Shown: positions 1 through 10,540, numbered from the stretch's first letter. The stretch is DNA of 64,000 nucleotides from Candidatus Multivorans sp. (GCA_965224025.1 OZ245033.1:1792001-1856000), one strand, 5' to 3'. The notes: generated from the sequence alone by a model not told the origin. Numbers and translations: made by a program.

Positions 1-745
1 GCCGGATCGATGACGCCGGTATGCAGGATCAGGAAGGAACTCAAACCGACGATCAGACCGGTGTAGGCGCCCGACCGGGTGACGCCGCCCCACAGCGCGC
101 CGAGCACGAGCGGGCCCGCGAACGCCGCCATCATGCCGCCGTTTCCCGTCCAGACCAGAATGGCGATGTTCATGTCCATCAGCATCCAGGCCATCGCGAC
201 GCAGACGACCATCACGCCCACGGTCGCCCAGCGGCTGATGACCAGCACCCGGCGGTCGAGCTGCTCCTCGCTGAGGTGCGAATGGAAGCGAGGCGCGATC
301 GTCCGCCGGTAGAGGTCGTTCGCGACGATCTGGGACGACGACACGACGAGCCCGTCCGCCGTCGACATGACCGCCGACAGGATGCCGACGCCGATCAGCG
401 CCGCCAGCCAGGCCGGGAACAGCTCGATGAACAGCGCCGGCAGCGCCTCGTTCGGCGTCGACCCCTCCTCGTACAGGCGGCCGCCGAGCACCGCCCGGGC
501 GAGCGCGCCGCCGTGCCGTGCTCGTAGGCGATACCCGGGAAACCGAGGAATGTCGCTCCGCTCGCGGTCGTTGCCGCGAAGGCGAGGGCCAGGAAGAAGG
601 GGCCGTACGCAGCCCGCGCGGTCGCGAAGTCGTCGGCGCCCTGAACCCGGTTCCGTCCGATCAGCCCGAACGCCAGCATGCCGCCCATGTAGACGGCCAG
701 GAACAGCCAGGACCAGACGATCAAGCTCATAGCGGAACGGCTCAC
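1..745 (-). pseudogene. Sodium:solute symporter (SSS) family, internally deleted and running off the window edge
   Basis: The N-terminus (…DDFATARAAYGPFFLALAFAATTASGATFLGFPGIAYEHG) joins at ~510, in another frame, to late SSS segments (ALPALFIELFPAWLAALIGVGILSAVMSTADGLVVSSSQIVANDLY). The central TMs are absent. Confidence 0.75.
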
Positions 746-763
746 CGTATCACCTGCACCGCG

Positions 764-832
764 ACCCGGGTGGCGCGAATTCGCGCCACCCGTGAACCAG
801 TCCGTGCGCCCGTCAGCGGGCGCGCGGATGGC
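764..832. repeat. REP-like double hairpin, copy 1
   Basis: GGGTGGCGCG-AATT-CGCGCCACCC and TCCGTGCGCCCG-TCAG-CGGGCGCGCGGA; near-identical copy at 32497-32564. Confidence 0.8.
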
Positions 833-897
833 ACGAAACCGGGAGGCGCCGCGCGCCGTACTGCTATTACGAAGTCCACAACCCAGAGGCCATATCC

Positions 898-1731
898 ATG
901 CGTCACGCCACCACCATCCGGGCCGCCGTCGTCGCCCTGCTGTTCCTCACCCTGCCGACCGCAGGAATGGCCGAAACGGTCCGCATCCCGGCGGGCACGA
1001 CCGTCTACTGCGTCCTCGACGAGAGCCTCTCCACGAAGAAAAAGTCGAGCCACTACGTCCAGCAGGGAGACCGCGTCCGTGCCAAGGTCGCCGAGGACGT
1101 CCTTGTCGACGGCCACGTCGTCATCGAGGCCGGGACGGTCGTCTGGTCGGAGGCCCGCCGGGCCAGGCGCGCCAAGGTAGCCGGTATCCGGGGTCGGCTC
1201 GAGGTCGAGGCCAACACGGTCTCCACGGTGGACGACCAGTCGATCCGGCTCCTCGGAGGTTACGACCGTTCCGGCAAGGGCCGCTTCGTGCTCACCGCCA
1301 CGCTCACCGCGGCCGTCGCATGGCCGTTCATCTTCATCAAGGGCAAGCACGCGCGCCTCGAGCGCGGCGTCATCTTCGATGCCCAGACCGCGGCGCCCGT
1401 GGATGTCGAAGTCGGAGCGCGCCCGGAGCTTCCGGTTCTCCGCGCCGACATCCCCGGCTTCGAGGTCAGCATCCCCTACGACAAGATCGATCCCGACGTC
1501 CGGCTCGCGAACCTGCCTCTCTACTTCGACGGCCTGGCGGCGGACACCACAGAAGCCCACATCGCCGCGGTCAACGGCCAGGAGATCCCACGGCTCAAGA
1601 TCTCCATCGTAGACGGCACGGGCGAAGTCGACTTCCAGGAACTGGCCGAGCACTTCCGCCACGGCATGAACCGGTTCACCGTCGCGGCGGACGGTCAGAC
1701 CGTGGACGTGCTGCTGGAGTTCGAGTTCTAG
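898..1731 (+). CDS. Secreted hypothetical protein
   Basis: 277 aa with signal peptide (…LTLPTAGMA), beta-rich IPAGTTVYCVLDESLST segment and high-GC3 codon pattern. Confidence 0.7.
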   Translation: MRHATTIRAAVVALLFLTLPTAGMAETVRIPAGTTVYCVLDESLSTKKKSSHYVQQGDRVRAKVAEDVLVDGHVVIEAGTVVWSEARRARRAKVAGIRGRLEVEANTVSTVDDQSIRLLGGYDRSGKGRFVLTATLTAAVAWPFIFIKGKHARLERGVIFDAQTAAPVDVEVGARPELPVLRADIPGFEVSIPYDKIDPDVRLANLPLYFDGLAADTTEAHIAAVNGQEIPRLKISIVDGTGEVDFQELAEHFRHGMNRFTVAADGQTVDVLLEFEF

Positions 1732-1842
1732 TCGAGACCCTGGCGCGCCTTGAGGTCGATATCGCCCCTGGAGTCCTGCGCCGCCGGTCTCACTTCGCAC
1801 CAGAAGCGAAGGAACCACCGCCAAAATCCGTCTTGGTCTGCT

Positions 1843-2460
1843 ATGGAGACAGTAGGCTTACAGTACGGGCAGCGAGAAGCACGGATCATCCTTGAGGAGG
1901 CAGGTTTCGATGCCGACCAAGCGAGGGCATTGGTCGACGTGATCGGCGAACGCGAGGAGCAACTCGCCACCAAGGACGACACTGCCGACCTCAAGGGTGA
2001 TGTCGCCGTCCTCAAGACTGACGTCGCCGGATTGAAGGACGACGTCGTCGGATTGAAGGACGACGTTGTCGGATTGAAGGACGACGTTGTCGGATTGAAG
2101 GACGACGTCGCCGGATTGAAGGACGACGTCGCCGGATTGAAGGACGACGTCGCCGGATTGAAGGACGACGTCGCCGGATTGAAGATTGACATGGCGGCCG
2201 TCAACGGTCGCCTCGACGGCTTGGTGATCGCACTAGAGGGGCTTCGCCACGAGGTCCGGGATCGGATCGAGAGCCTGCGGCATGAACTCTTCGGCCGCAT
2301 CGACGCGCTCGAGGGTCGCTTCGACGGACGTGTAGACGGTCTGGCAGGCAAGATGGACGGCATGAGCGGCCAGTTGGCGCTGATCAAGTGGTTCCTCGGC
2401 CTCATCCTGGCCGCGACGATTCCGATCATGGTCGCGCTCTTCCGTATCGCTTTCGCCTAG
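1843..2460 (+). CDS. DUF1640/CCDC90-like coiled-coil protein with C-terminal TM anchor
   Basis: LEEAGFDADQARALV…LATKDD head, heptad repeats, C-terminal IKWFLGLILAATIPIMVALF helix. Confidence 0.75.
   Translation: METVGLQYGQREARIILEEAGFDADQARALVDVIGEREEQLATKDDTADLKGDVAVLKTDVAGLKDDVVGLKDDVVGLKDDVVGLKDDVAGLKDDVAGLKDDVAGLKDDVAGLKIDMAAVNGRLDGLVIALEGLRHEVRDRIESLRHELFGRIDALEGRFDGRVDGLAGKMDGMSGQLALIKWFLGLILAATIPIMVALFRIAFA
1990..2199 (+). repeat. 21-bp coding tandem repeat, about 10 units (LKDDVAG heptad)
   Basis: TTGAAGGACGACGT(C/T)G(C/T)CGGA x7 plus degenerate flanking units. Confidence 0.95.
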
Positions 2461-2594
2461 AGAGTGCTCCGGTCACGCCAGGCGAACCAACAGAAACAGG
2501 CTCCGGGTGAACAGTATGAGTCGCTCTCTGGCCCCTCTCCGACCCGCAGGAAACCGTCGCGCCTGCAAACCAGTCCTCCGCTACTGTTCCCCTC

Positions 2595-4838
2595 ATGCGA
2601 ACGATTCTCGTCCAAATACGCTTGCCTGGTCTTCTTGGTGTCCTCGCCGCCGCGCTCACCCTCGCACCGGCGACTGCGCAGAAGGAGCCCCTCGAACTCC
2701 GCCACATCTACGGGCCGGACGCGCACGACTTCTCGCCTGACCTGCCCCGGATCCGCTGGTTGCCGGGGGGCCGCGACTACTTGCAGGCCGAAGACGACAC
2801 GGACGGCGCCGGCGTGTCCTGGACGTTCGTCGACGCGGCAACCGGAGACGCGGAGCCCTTCTACGATCCGAGGCCTCTGGCTGAGGCGCTCGAAAGCCAA
2901 CTCCGGCTGGAAGCCGAGGACGCAGCCTCCCGAGCGCGGCCCGGGTCGCTGCGCCTGTCGCCGTCGACCGACCGGCTACTCCTCCACCTCGCCTCGGACC
3001 TGTTCGTCTGGGACTTCGATTCCGAGACTCTCACCCGCCTCACGCACGGTCCCGAGGACGAGGAACTGGCCCGTTTCTCGCCCGACGGCCGGAGCCTCGC
3101 CTTCGTACGCGACGCGGACCTCTACGTCGTCGACCTCGAAGGCGACGAAGTCCGGCTGACCACTGACAGCGGCGAGAACACGCTGAACGGCAAGTTGGAC
3201 TGGGTCTACCAGGAGGAGATCTACGGCCGCGGCAACTACCAGGCCCACTGGTGGAGCCCGGACAGCCGCCGCATCGCGTTCCTGCAGACCGACGAGCGGG
3301 ACGTGCACCGGTTCACTGTCGTCGACCATGTGCCCTACCGGCCACCTCTCGAGGTCTACCCGTACCCGAAGGCCGGCGACGCGAACCCCCGCGTCCGGCT
3401 CGGCGTGGCGTCGGCCGCGGGCGGCGACATCACCTGGATCGATCCGGGGATCTACGGGCACACCGAGATCCTGTTCGTGAACGTTGCGTTCTCCCCTGGC
3501 GGCGACGTCTGGTACCAGGTCCAGGACCGCCGCCAGACCTTCCTCGACCTGCACCGGGCCGACCCGGCCAGCGGCCAGTCACACCGCGTGCTGCGCGAGG
3601 AGTCCCATGCATGGGTCAACGTGCTCGGTCCGCCGCGCTTTCTGGAACGGAACGGCCAGGAAGACGGCAGTTTCCTCTGGTTCAGCGAGCGGACCGGCTT
3701 CCAGCACGTCTACTGCTACGACGAGGACGGCAACCTGGTCCGACCCCTGACCGAGGGGCGCTGGGAGGCCCGCTCGCTCCACGCCGTCGACGAGGAGGCG
3801 GGCGTAATCTACGTGTCGGGCACGTATCGCACGGCACTCGGCGCCGACGTGCTGCGGGTGGCTCTCGACGGCGCCGGCGCGACTCTGTTGACCGACACGC
3901 CCGGCAGTCACCGCGGGAGCTTCCCGGAGGACGGCCCTATCGAGCACTGGATCGCCACGTCGAGCGATCTCCACACACCGACGAGGATGACTCTTCGCCG
4001 CGCCGAGGACGGCGAGACCGTTCGCGAACTCGGCGGGGGCGACGTGCCGGACATCGAACGGTTCGAGATCTCGGCGCCGGAACTGCTGACCATCACCACA
4101 AGCGACGGCGTCGACCTGGAAGCGATGCTGATCCGGCCGCACGGCTTCGATCCCGATCGCGTCTACCCCGCCTGGATCCACGTCTACGGCGGTCCACACG
4201 CCCAGCAGGTCCGAGACGCCTGGCCCGGGGCCCGCGGCATGTGGTTCCAGTACCTTGGCCAGCAGGGACTCGTCGTGCTCGTGGTCGACAACCGCATCGC
4301 TTCCGGCAAGGGAGTCGAGTCGACCTGGCCGGTGTACAAGAACTTCGGCGAGCAGGAACTCGTCGACCTAGTGGAAGCGGTCGATTGGCTGGGTGCCAAG
4401 CCCTGGGTCGATGCGGAGCGGATCGGCCTCGACGGCTGGAGCTTCGGCGGCTACATGACCCTCTACGCGCTGACCCGCTCCGACCGCTTCCGCGCCGGCA
4501 TCGCCGGCGGCAGCGTCGTCGACTGGCGCGCCTACGACTCGATCTACACCGAGCGCTACATGTCGACGCCGGACGACAACCCGGACGGCTACAAGGCCGC
4601 GTCCGTCCGCGAGCGAGCGGCTGACCTCCACGGCGACCTGCTGCTCATTCACGGCACGATGGACGACAACGTCCACATGCAGAACACGCTCCAGATCGCC
4701 TGGGACCTGCAGAAGGCCGGCAAGCCGTTCGAGATGATGCTCTACCCGAAGTCGCGCCACGGCGTGGGCGATCCGGACCTCTCGCTCCACCTGCGCGAGA
4801 CGATGGCGCGCTTCATCCTGAAGACGATCGAGCCCTGA
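2595..4838 (+). CDS. Dipeptidyl peptidase IV (S9B family)
   Basis: Signal peptide, DWVYQEE propeller motif, GWSFGG nucleophile, DDNVH acid, C-terminal His (SRHG). Confidence 0.95.
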   Translation: MRTILVQIRLPGLLGVLAAALTLAPATAQKEPLELRHIYGPDAHDFSPDLPRIRWLPGGRDYLQAEDDTDGAGVSWTFVDAATGDAEPFYDPRPLAEALESQLRLEAEDAASRARPGSLRLSPSTDRLLLHLASDLFVWDFDSETLTRLTHGPEDEELARFSPDGRSLAFVRDADLYVVDLEGDEVRLTTDSGENTLNGKLDWVYQEEIYGRGNYQAHWWSPDSRRIAFLQTDERDVHRFTVVDHVPYRPPLEVYPYPKAGDANPRVRLGVASAAGGDITWIDPGIYGHTEILFVNVAFSPGGDVWYQVQDRRQTFLDLHRADPASGQSHRVLREESHAWVNVLGPPRFLERNGQEDGSFLWFSERTGFQHVYCYDEDGNLVRPLTEGRWEARSLHAVDEEAGVIYVSGTYRTALGADVLRVALDGAGATLLTDTPGSHRGSFPEDGPIEHWIATSSDLHTPTRMTLRRAEDGETVRELGGGDVPDIERFEISAPELLTITTSDGVDLEAMLIRPHGFDPDRVYPAWIHVYGGPHAQQVRDAWPGARGMWFQYLGQQGLVVLVVDNRIASGKGVESTWPVYKNFGEQELVDLVEAVDWLGAKPWVDAERIGLDGWSFGGYMTLYALTRSDRFRAGIAGGSVVDWRAYDSIYTERYMSTPDDNPDGYKAASVRERAADLHGDLLLIHGTMDDNVHMQNTLQIAWDLQKAGKPFEMMLYPKSRHGVGDPDLSLHLRETMARFILKTIEP

Positions 4839-4925
4839 GGAACCCGTGCCGGGACCCAAGTCGACCGCCGCGGGACTCCTTCTCGCCGTCTTTCTTCATC
4901 CAGCGGGCGGTCGCTCGACGGTCCG

Positions 4926-5032
4926 GGCCGATCAGTTCCGCCAGGCCCGGAGGCCAAAGGCCAGCGTCGCGATGGAGTCCTGGCGGCCGATCAGCTTCGC
5001 CATGCCCGCACACTCAAGGCCAGCGTCGCGAT
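4926..5032. repeat. Imperfect 48-bp direct repeat duplicating the 3' end of the 4991-5491 gene
   Basis: 4926-4973 vs 4985-5032; encodes IATLAFGLRAWRN* vs IATLALSVRAWRS* on the minus strand. Confidence 0.8.
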
Positions 5033-5491
5033 AGTGCCCCAACTGAGCCCCACGACCACGCCGGCGTCGAGAATCCCTCGCCACGGCTGGTCCAGCCGGT
5101 GGACGAGGACGATCAAAACCAGGATGCCGAGGGTTCCGAAGTAGACGCCGAGCCGCTCCCGCCGGTCGCCGCCGAAGTAGCCGGCCGCGAACAGGGGCGC
5201 GAGAGCAACGCGAGCCAGCGTCGGGTTCGCGCGGATCGAGACCGACCGCTCCGCCACCCGCGGCGAGAAGCGCAACTGGAATCCGCGCACGCCCTCCGAC
5301 CACGCCATGACGGGAATGATCGTCAGGAGGGCCGCCCAGTGATACCAAGCGAACGGATCGTCGAAGGCGGCGATCGAGATCCTCCCGAGCCTGAAGATCG
5401 CCCATCCCAGCAGGCCGACGAGCCCAACCACGGCCCACACGCCGCCGGCCGTCCCGACGATCGGGCGCATCGAGCCCGTGCCGGAACTCAC
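4991..5491 (-). CDS. Hypothetical integral membrane protein
   Basis: 166 aa with about 4-5 hydrophobic helices. Confidence 0.7.
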   Translation of the reverse strand: MSSGTGSMRPIVGTAGGVWAVVGLVGLLGWAIFRLGRISIAAFDDPFAWYHWAALLTIIPVMAWSEGVRGFQLRFSPRVAERSVSIRANPTLARVALAPLFAAGYFGGDRRERLGVYFGTLGILVLIVLVHRLDQPWRGILDAGVVVGLSWGTIATLALSVRAWRS

Positions 5492-5525
5492 GATCCGATC
5501 CGCCTGCGATTCGGCAAGCAGGCCT

Positions 5526-5904
5526 TCATTCGTCCGAGGCCAGATCCCGCCGGCCGCGGTCGCTGGCCAGGGCGGCGTGGTTCAGGATGTTCCTGGCCAT
5601 GGACGAAGGCTGGCTGTCCGCGTTCGCGCGGTAGATGGCGGCTCGCGCCTGATGGACCTCGGCGCTCTCGGGCGCCGCGTAGTGAGCCGCCTCGATCAGA
5701 TGGCATGCCACCGCATGGCGGCCGGCCGCCGCTGTCGATCACGTAGAAGCCGGCGATGCCCTTGAAGCCGAGAAGGTCCTCGGCGATGCGGCAGGAACCC
5801 GCATAGTAGCGGTGGACCGGATGGTGCTCGAACTGGAGGTCGAGTTCTCCGCGCCACGCCCGCTCGGCAAGCGCAAGCAGGTCCGGATACCCCTGGTCCG
5901 TCAT
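5526..5904 (-). pseudogene. Alkyl-sulfatase-like MBL protein remnant (N- and C-termini only)
   Basis: The N-terminus stops at FYVIDSG (start of an MBL fold) and joins at ~5725 to MACHLIEAAHYAAPESAEVHQARAAIY…SSMARNIL, a dimerisation-domain-like C-terminus. Confidence 0.55.
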
Positions 5905-6071
5905 CGCCGCGGACGCTACCGCAGAACAAACCGGCGCCGGTGCTCGGCTGCTGTCTCATTCCTGATGCCAACCTCCGCCCTCCCTTCCCGCCGAAGGATC
6001 CGGTGAAGCGCCACACCGGGATCCCAGCCGCTCAACACCCCCCAACGCCTTCCGTTCTCCGGAGCAAGCCC

Positions 6072-6643
6072 GTGCTGAGACGAACCACTGCGCCAATTGC
6101 AGGAGTGCTCGTCGCTCCGGCGACGCCGCCGATCGCGGGCTTGCAGGACACGGCGCCGGGCGACGAACGTCCGACCATGGCGGCAACCCGCGTCGAACAG
6201 GGGTCCACCATCGACGGAAATCTCAGCGACCGGGCATGGCGGCAGTCCGAGGTCGGCGGCAACTTCATCCAGCACGAGCCGGTCGACGGCGTACCGGCAA
6301 CCGAGCAGACCGAAGTGCGCGTAGCGTTCACGGACAGCACGATCTACTTCGGCATTGCCGCATTCGACGCGAACCCCGACGCGATCATCGCGAAGGAGAT
6401 GGAACGCGACAGCCGGATCTTTCAGGACGACTCGCTCCTGCTCCTGCTCGACACCTTCCACGACCGCCGCACAACGACGACTCCGAGGACCTGGGCCTCA
6501 ACGTCCGCCTGCACTGGATCTACAAGCCCGGCGCCGACCTGTTCGTCGTCCACAACGAGAACTGGATGGCCGAGGATCTTCGGCAGCGCTTCAGCACGCA
6601 CCGCCAGATCGCGGTCAAGTTCACCTACCTGATCCAGCCGTAG
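6072..6643 (+). pseudogene. CBM9-like/DUF5916 protein remnant
   Basis: N-terminal IDGNLSD…TEQTEVRV…DDSLLLLLDTFHDRR joins at ~6470, out of frame, to the terminal barrel strands LNVRLHWIYKPGADLFVVHN…KFTYL. Confidence 0.7.
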
Positions 6644-6922
6644 CCGGCCCCAGCCAAGCGAACCGGGCTCAGCTCAGGTCTTGGCCGGGTTCAACGTGCT
6701 TGAAGAAAACACTTGGCCTATCTACGTTCTTGAGCTAGACTCGCTCAGTTTGCACGGCGCCGCGAGGCAGGTGACCGCCATCCCGGCTGTCGCCGCCACA
6801 CGCTGATAGCGGCCGCGACTCAGCTTCCCGAGACGTTCGTCACGTCGCACCGTCCTCCGGGGAGCAACAGAACTGCTAGCCGGCGGCGCCGGCGGATTCA
6901 ACGGGTCGAACACCCCACCGGA

Positions 6923-9900
6923 ATGCCAGAAGCGCAGAGCGAAAACCCTACCGGAACCTCACCCGCGACCAAGCCTTCGCGGCCGGCGCGCCGCAAGCGG
7001 CGCAGCCGCCCGCGCGGCAGGGCCCGCAGCGGACGTACCGTTGCGCTCCATCAACGCAGTGCGTCCCACTTTCGGCCGGAAGATCGGGAAGAAGGACAGA
7101 CCGTCTTCTCGAAGGGAGGCCTCAAGCTGGAGATCGAAGGCGCAAGCGCCCGGATTCTGATCGCGCCGCCGCCCGCCGGCGACAGCGCCGCCAATTCCGA
7201 GCTGAACCCGAATGGCGCCGCCAACGTCGAGCTCGACTGGTCCAGGGTTCCGGACGAACGCATCCTCCATGCCGTCTGCGGCTGCGAACAGTTCGCTGCC
7301 GGCGCCGCCTGCGGCCACATCTGGGCATCGCTGCTGCAACTCGCCGCGAACGAACCGAAGAGCCAGCCGTCAGGATCCGGCCGAGTCTCGCTACGCAAGA
7401 CGCGACCGCCCCAGGTGTCCATCCCGGGATCGGCCCTGAACGCGGTGCAGCCCGCGAGCGACGGCCCGGCAGAGGCTCCCCGTCCGGTCCGCCGCTCGCG
7501 TCGAAGTCGCAACCGGCGGCGGCGAACCTCCGCAACAACGAGCTGGCGTTCTGTTGTGGAGACCGTGCGCGAGGACATCGAACGGCAGGCTCAGCCGAAA
7601 AAGGCGGCGACTCCGAGGAACGCCCCGCCTCAGATCCAGCTCCTGCTCAACGCCGCCACCAGCCGCAACGCAGGCGGCCTGATGATCGACATCTTCGGAC
7701 GCAAGCAGAACCCGCAGGGCGAGTTCGGCAAGTTGAAGCGGCTGAGCATCGACCACGGAAAACTGGAAGATCTGTTCGGGCTGACAACGGACGGCACTGC
7801 TCATTCGGCGGGGAACGGAGTACCACCCGGCGCCGGGCCGGCCATGGTCACCGCGCTTCCGCCCGAAGTGCCGGTCCGCGCCAGCCGCAAGCGCAAGGGC
7901 GGCCGCGGCGCCCGCAACACCGGCCGTCCCCTCGTGCAACGGGTCTACGTGCCCATGAACTGGATCGGCCCCCTGCTGCCGCGGCTGAGCGCGGAGGGAC
8001 ACCTGTACTGGTGGGACGGCCGCTCACTCGGCGATCCGCGCGCGGTCACGATCGACGACGGCGAACCCTGGCGCCTTGCCCTGCAGTTGGAACTCGCGGC
8101 AGCCAGCCGGGTCCGGCTGCGCGGCATGCTCAAGCGCGGCGACGAAACCGTACCGCTGAGTCGTGCCGCACTGGTCCTGCCCTTCCCAAACGGCGACGGA
8201 GCGACCGCCGATGCCGGGTCGGACCGGCAGGGCAACATGCTGCTCCTGCTCGACGACGCCATCGGCCGGTTCCATCTCGATCCGCAGCGAGATCAGCCTT
8301 GGTACGCGCTGCTCGGCAACAGCGGCGATCTCGTGATCCCGGATGAAGACCTCGAGGCCGCGGTCACCAGCCTGCTGGAACTGCCTTCGTTGCCGCCACT
8401 CGAACTCCCGCAAGAGGTCTATCTGTCGGAGGAATCGCCCGTCCCTCAACCTCGTCTTGCGCTCGAACCAGAGGACACTCCGGAGTGGATGAACCCTCAG
8501 CTCGAGGCCCGACTCTCGTTCGGCTACGGCGGCCTGACCGTCGACGCGGGCGATCCGCGGTCCGCAGTCGTCGACTGGGAGGAGCACCGCTTCGTTCGCC
8601 GCAACCTCAAGACGGAGCAGGATGCGCTCGTCAGGCTGCTCGAACTTGGTCTGAAGCCGGTTGCCTCGAAGAGCGGGCACAGCCTGGAACTCGAACCGCG
8701 TGACCTGCCGGCGGTCGCGGAGCCTCTGCTCCTCGAGGGCTGGGAGGTTGAAGCCCACGGCGCCTCGATCCGATCGCCCAGTCCGCCGGCACTACGTATC
8801 GAGAGCGGTGTCGACTGGTTCGAGCTCAGCGGGCAGATCGACTTCGACGGCGACCGGATCGAGTTCTCGGAGATCCTCGCCGCAATCTCGGACGGTCGCC
8901 GGTCCGTCGAACTGGATGACGGCGCCAAGGGACTGCTCCCCGCCGCCTGGGTCGAGAACTACGGCTCTCTGAGTCAACTGGCACAGGACTCGAGCGAAGA
9001 TGGTCTGCGCTTCCTTCCCTCCCAGGCGCTACTTGTGGACGCGCTGCTGGCGGTAACGCCGCCGGTCAACGTGAGCAAGACCTTCGCCGAGCTGCGCGAG
9101 AAGCTGAGCACATTCTCTTCGATCAACCCCAGGAAGGAACCCCGCAGCTTCGTCGGCACGCTCCGTAACTACCAACGGCTCGGTCTGGGGTGGCTCTGCT
9201 TCCTGCGCGAATTCGGCCTCGGCGGCGTGCTCGCCGACGACATGGGGCTGGGCAAGACGATCCAGGCGCTGGCCCTGCTGCGCACGTACCGCACCGCGTC
9301 GAAGACGACGAAGTTGCCGTATCTGGTCGTCGCGCCGCGCAGCCTCGTCTACAACTGGATCGACGAGGCCGCCCGCTTCACGCCCGATCTGAAGGTCCTC
9401 GAGTACGCCGGACGCGACCGCGAGAACCTCCGTGACGAGTTCAAGACTGCCGACCTCGTGGTCACGACCTACGGCACCGTCCGCCGCGACATCGGGCACC
9501 TGGCCACGGTCGAGTTCGACACAGTGATCCTGGACGAGGCCCAGGCGATCAAGAACGCGGGTTCGCAGACCGCCAAGGCCTGCCGCCTGCTGGGCGGCCA
9601 GAACCGTCTCGCTCTCACAGGCACGCCGATCGAGAACCACCTCGGCGAGCTGGGTTCGATCTTCGAGTTCCTCAACCCGGGGCTGCTCGGTCGACTGCCG
9701 GCGCTCGACGTGCTGGCCGGCGGCCGGGCGCCGAGCCAGCGCGAACTGGCCCTGGTCGCCAAGGGTCTGCGGCCGTTCATCCTCCGCCGCAGCAAGGAGC
9801 AGGTGCTGCCCGACCTGCCCGAGAAGACCGAGCAGATCCTTCAGTGCACCCTGAACCCGAAGCAGCAGGACCTCTACGACCAGCTCCGCGCGAGCTATCG

Positions 9901-10540
9901 CGACAGCCTGTTGAAGCAGGTCGAGGACAAGGGAGTCGCCGGATCGACGATGCAGGTGCTCGAAGCGCTGCTGCGGCTCCGCCAGGTGGCCTGCCACCCG
10001 GGCCTGATCGACGAGGAGTGGGAGGACGCCGGGAGCGCCAAGCTCGAGTCCCTGTTCGAGCAGGTCTCCGAAGTCCTCGACGAGGGGCACAAGTGCCTCG
10101 TCTTCTCCCAGTTCACATCGCTCCTGGCCTACGTCCGCCGTCACCTCGAGGAGCAGGGCGTGCCCTACGCCTACCTCGACGGCCAGACTCAGAACCGGGG
10201 CGAAGTCGTCGAGCACTTCCAGACCGATCCGGACACCAACATCTTCCTGATCAGCCTGAAGGCCGGCGGCGTCGGCCTCAACCTGACCGCGGCCGGCTAT
10301 GTATTCCTGCTCGACCCGTGGTGGAACCCGGCCGTCGAGGCTCAGGCCATCGACCGCACCCACCGCATCGGCCAGACGCATCCCGTGTTCGCCTACCGAC
10401 TGATCGCGCGCGACACCGTCGAAGAGAAGATGCTCGACCTGCAGCGCTCGAAGCGGAAAATCGCCGACGCGATCCTCGAAGGCGGCGGATCGTCCCTGCG
10501 CGATCTGACCGCTGACGATCTGCGGCTGCTGCTGAGCTAG
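6923..10540 (+). CDS. SWIM zinc-finger SNF2/SWI2-family helicase
   Basis: CGC…CGH SWIM motif; LADDMGLGKT, ILDEAQAIKN, LTGTPIEN, SLKAGGVGLNLT, QAIDRTHRIGQ. Confidence 0.95.
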   Translation: MPEAQSENPTGTSPATKPSRPARRKRRSRPRGRARSGRTVALHQRSASHFRPEDREEGQTVFSKGGLKLEIEGASARILIAPPPAGDSAANSELNPNGAANVELDWSRVPDERILHAVCGCEQFAAGAACGHIWASLLQLAANEPKSQPSGSGRVSLRKTRPPQVSIPGSALNAVQPASDGPAEAPRPVRRSRRSRNRRRRTSATTSWRSVVETVREDIERQAQPKKAATPRNAPPQIQLLLNAATSRNAGGLMIDIFGRKQNPQGEFGKLKRLSIDHGKLEDLFGLTTDGTAHSAGNGVPPGAGPAMVTALPPEVPVRASRKRKGGRGARNTGRPLVQRVYVPMNWIGPLLPRLSAEGHLYWWDGRSLGDPRAVTIDDGEPWRLALQLELAAASRVRLRGMLKRGDETVPLSRAALVLPFPNGDGATADAGSDRQGNMLLLLDDAIGRFHLDPQRDQPWYALLGNSGDLVIPDEDLEAAVTSLLELPSLPPLELPQEVYLSEESPVPQPRLALEPEDTPEWMNPQLEARLSFGYGGLTVDAGDPRSAVVDWEEHRFVRRNLKTEQDALVRLLELGLKPVASKSGHSLELEPRDLPAVAEPLLLEGWEVEAHGASIRSPSPPALRIESGVDWFELSGQIDFDGDRIEFSEILAAISDGRRSVELDDGAKGLLPAAWVENYGSLSQLAQDSSEDGLRFLPSQALLVDALLAVTPPVNVSKTFAELREKLSTFSSINPRKEPRSFVGTLRNYQRLGLGWLCFLREFGLGGVLADDMGLGKTIQALALLRTYRTASKTTKLPYLVVAPRSLVYNWIDEAARFTPDLKVLEYAGRDRENLRDEFKTADLVVTTYGTVRRDIGHLATVEFDTVILDEAQAIKNAGSQTAKACRLLGGQNRLALTGTPIENHLGELGSIFEFLNPGLLGRLPALDVLAGGRAPSQRELALVAKGLRPFILRRSKEQVLPDLPEKTEQILQCTLNPKQQDLYDQLRASYRDSLLKQVEDKGVAGSTMQVLEALLRLRQVACHPGLIDEEWEDAGSAKLESLFEQVSEVLDEGHKCLVFSQFTSLLAYVRRHLEEQGVPYAYLDGQTQNRGEVVEHFQTDPDTNIFLISLKAGGVGLNLTAAGYVFLLDPWWNPAVEAQAIDRTHRIGQTHPVFAYRLIARDTVEEKMLDLQRSKRKIADAILEGGGSSLRDLTADDLRLLLS

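Noticed and set aside
1990-2199. 21-bp repeats as a CRISPR array
   Set aside because: The units are contiguous with no spacers, lie in frame within a coding gene, and no cas genes are present.
4926-5032. TR/VR pair of a diversity-generating retroelement
   Set aside because: Mismatches are not confined to adenines, the repeat is short, and no reverse transcriptase is in the window.
9029-10381. Long antisense ORFs here and opposite most genes (e.g. 20983-22311, 32503-33948, 41905-44580)
   Set aside because: These are expected shadows of GC3-rich genes and show no recognisable motifs.
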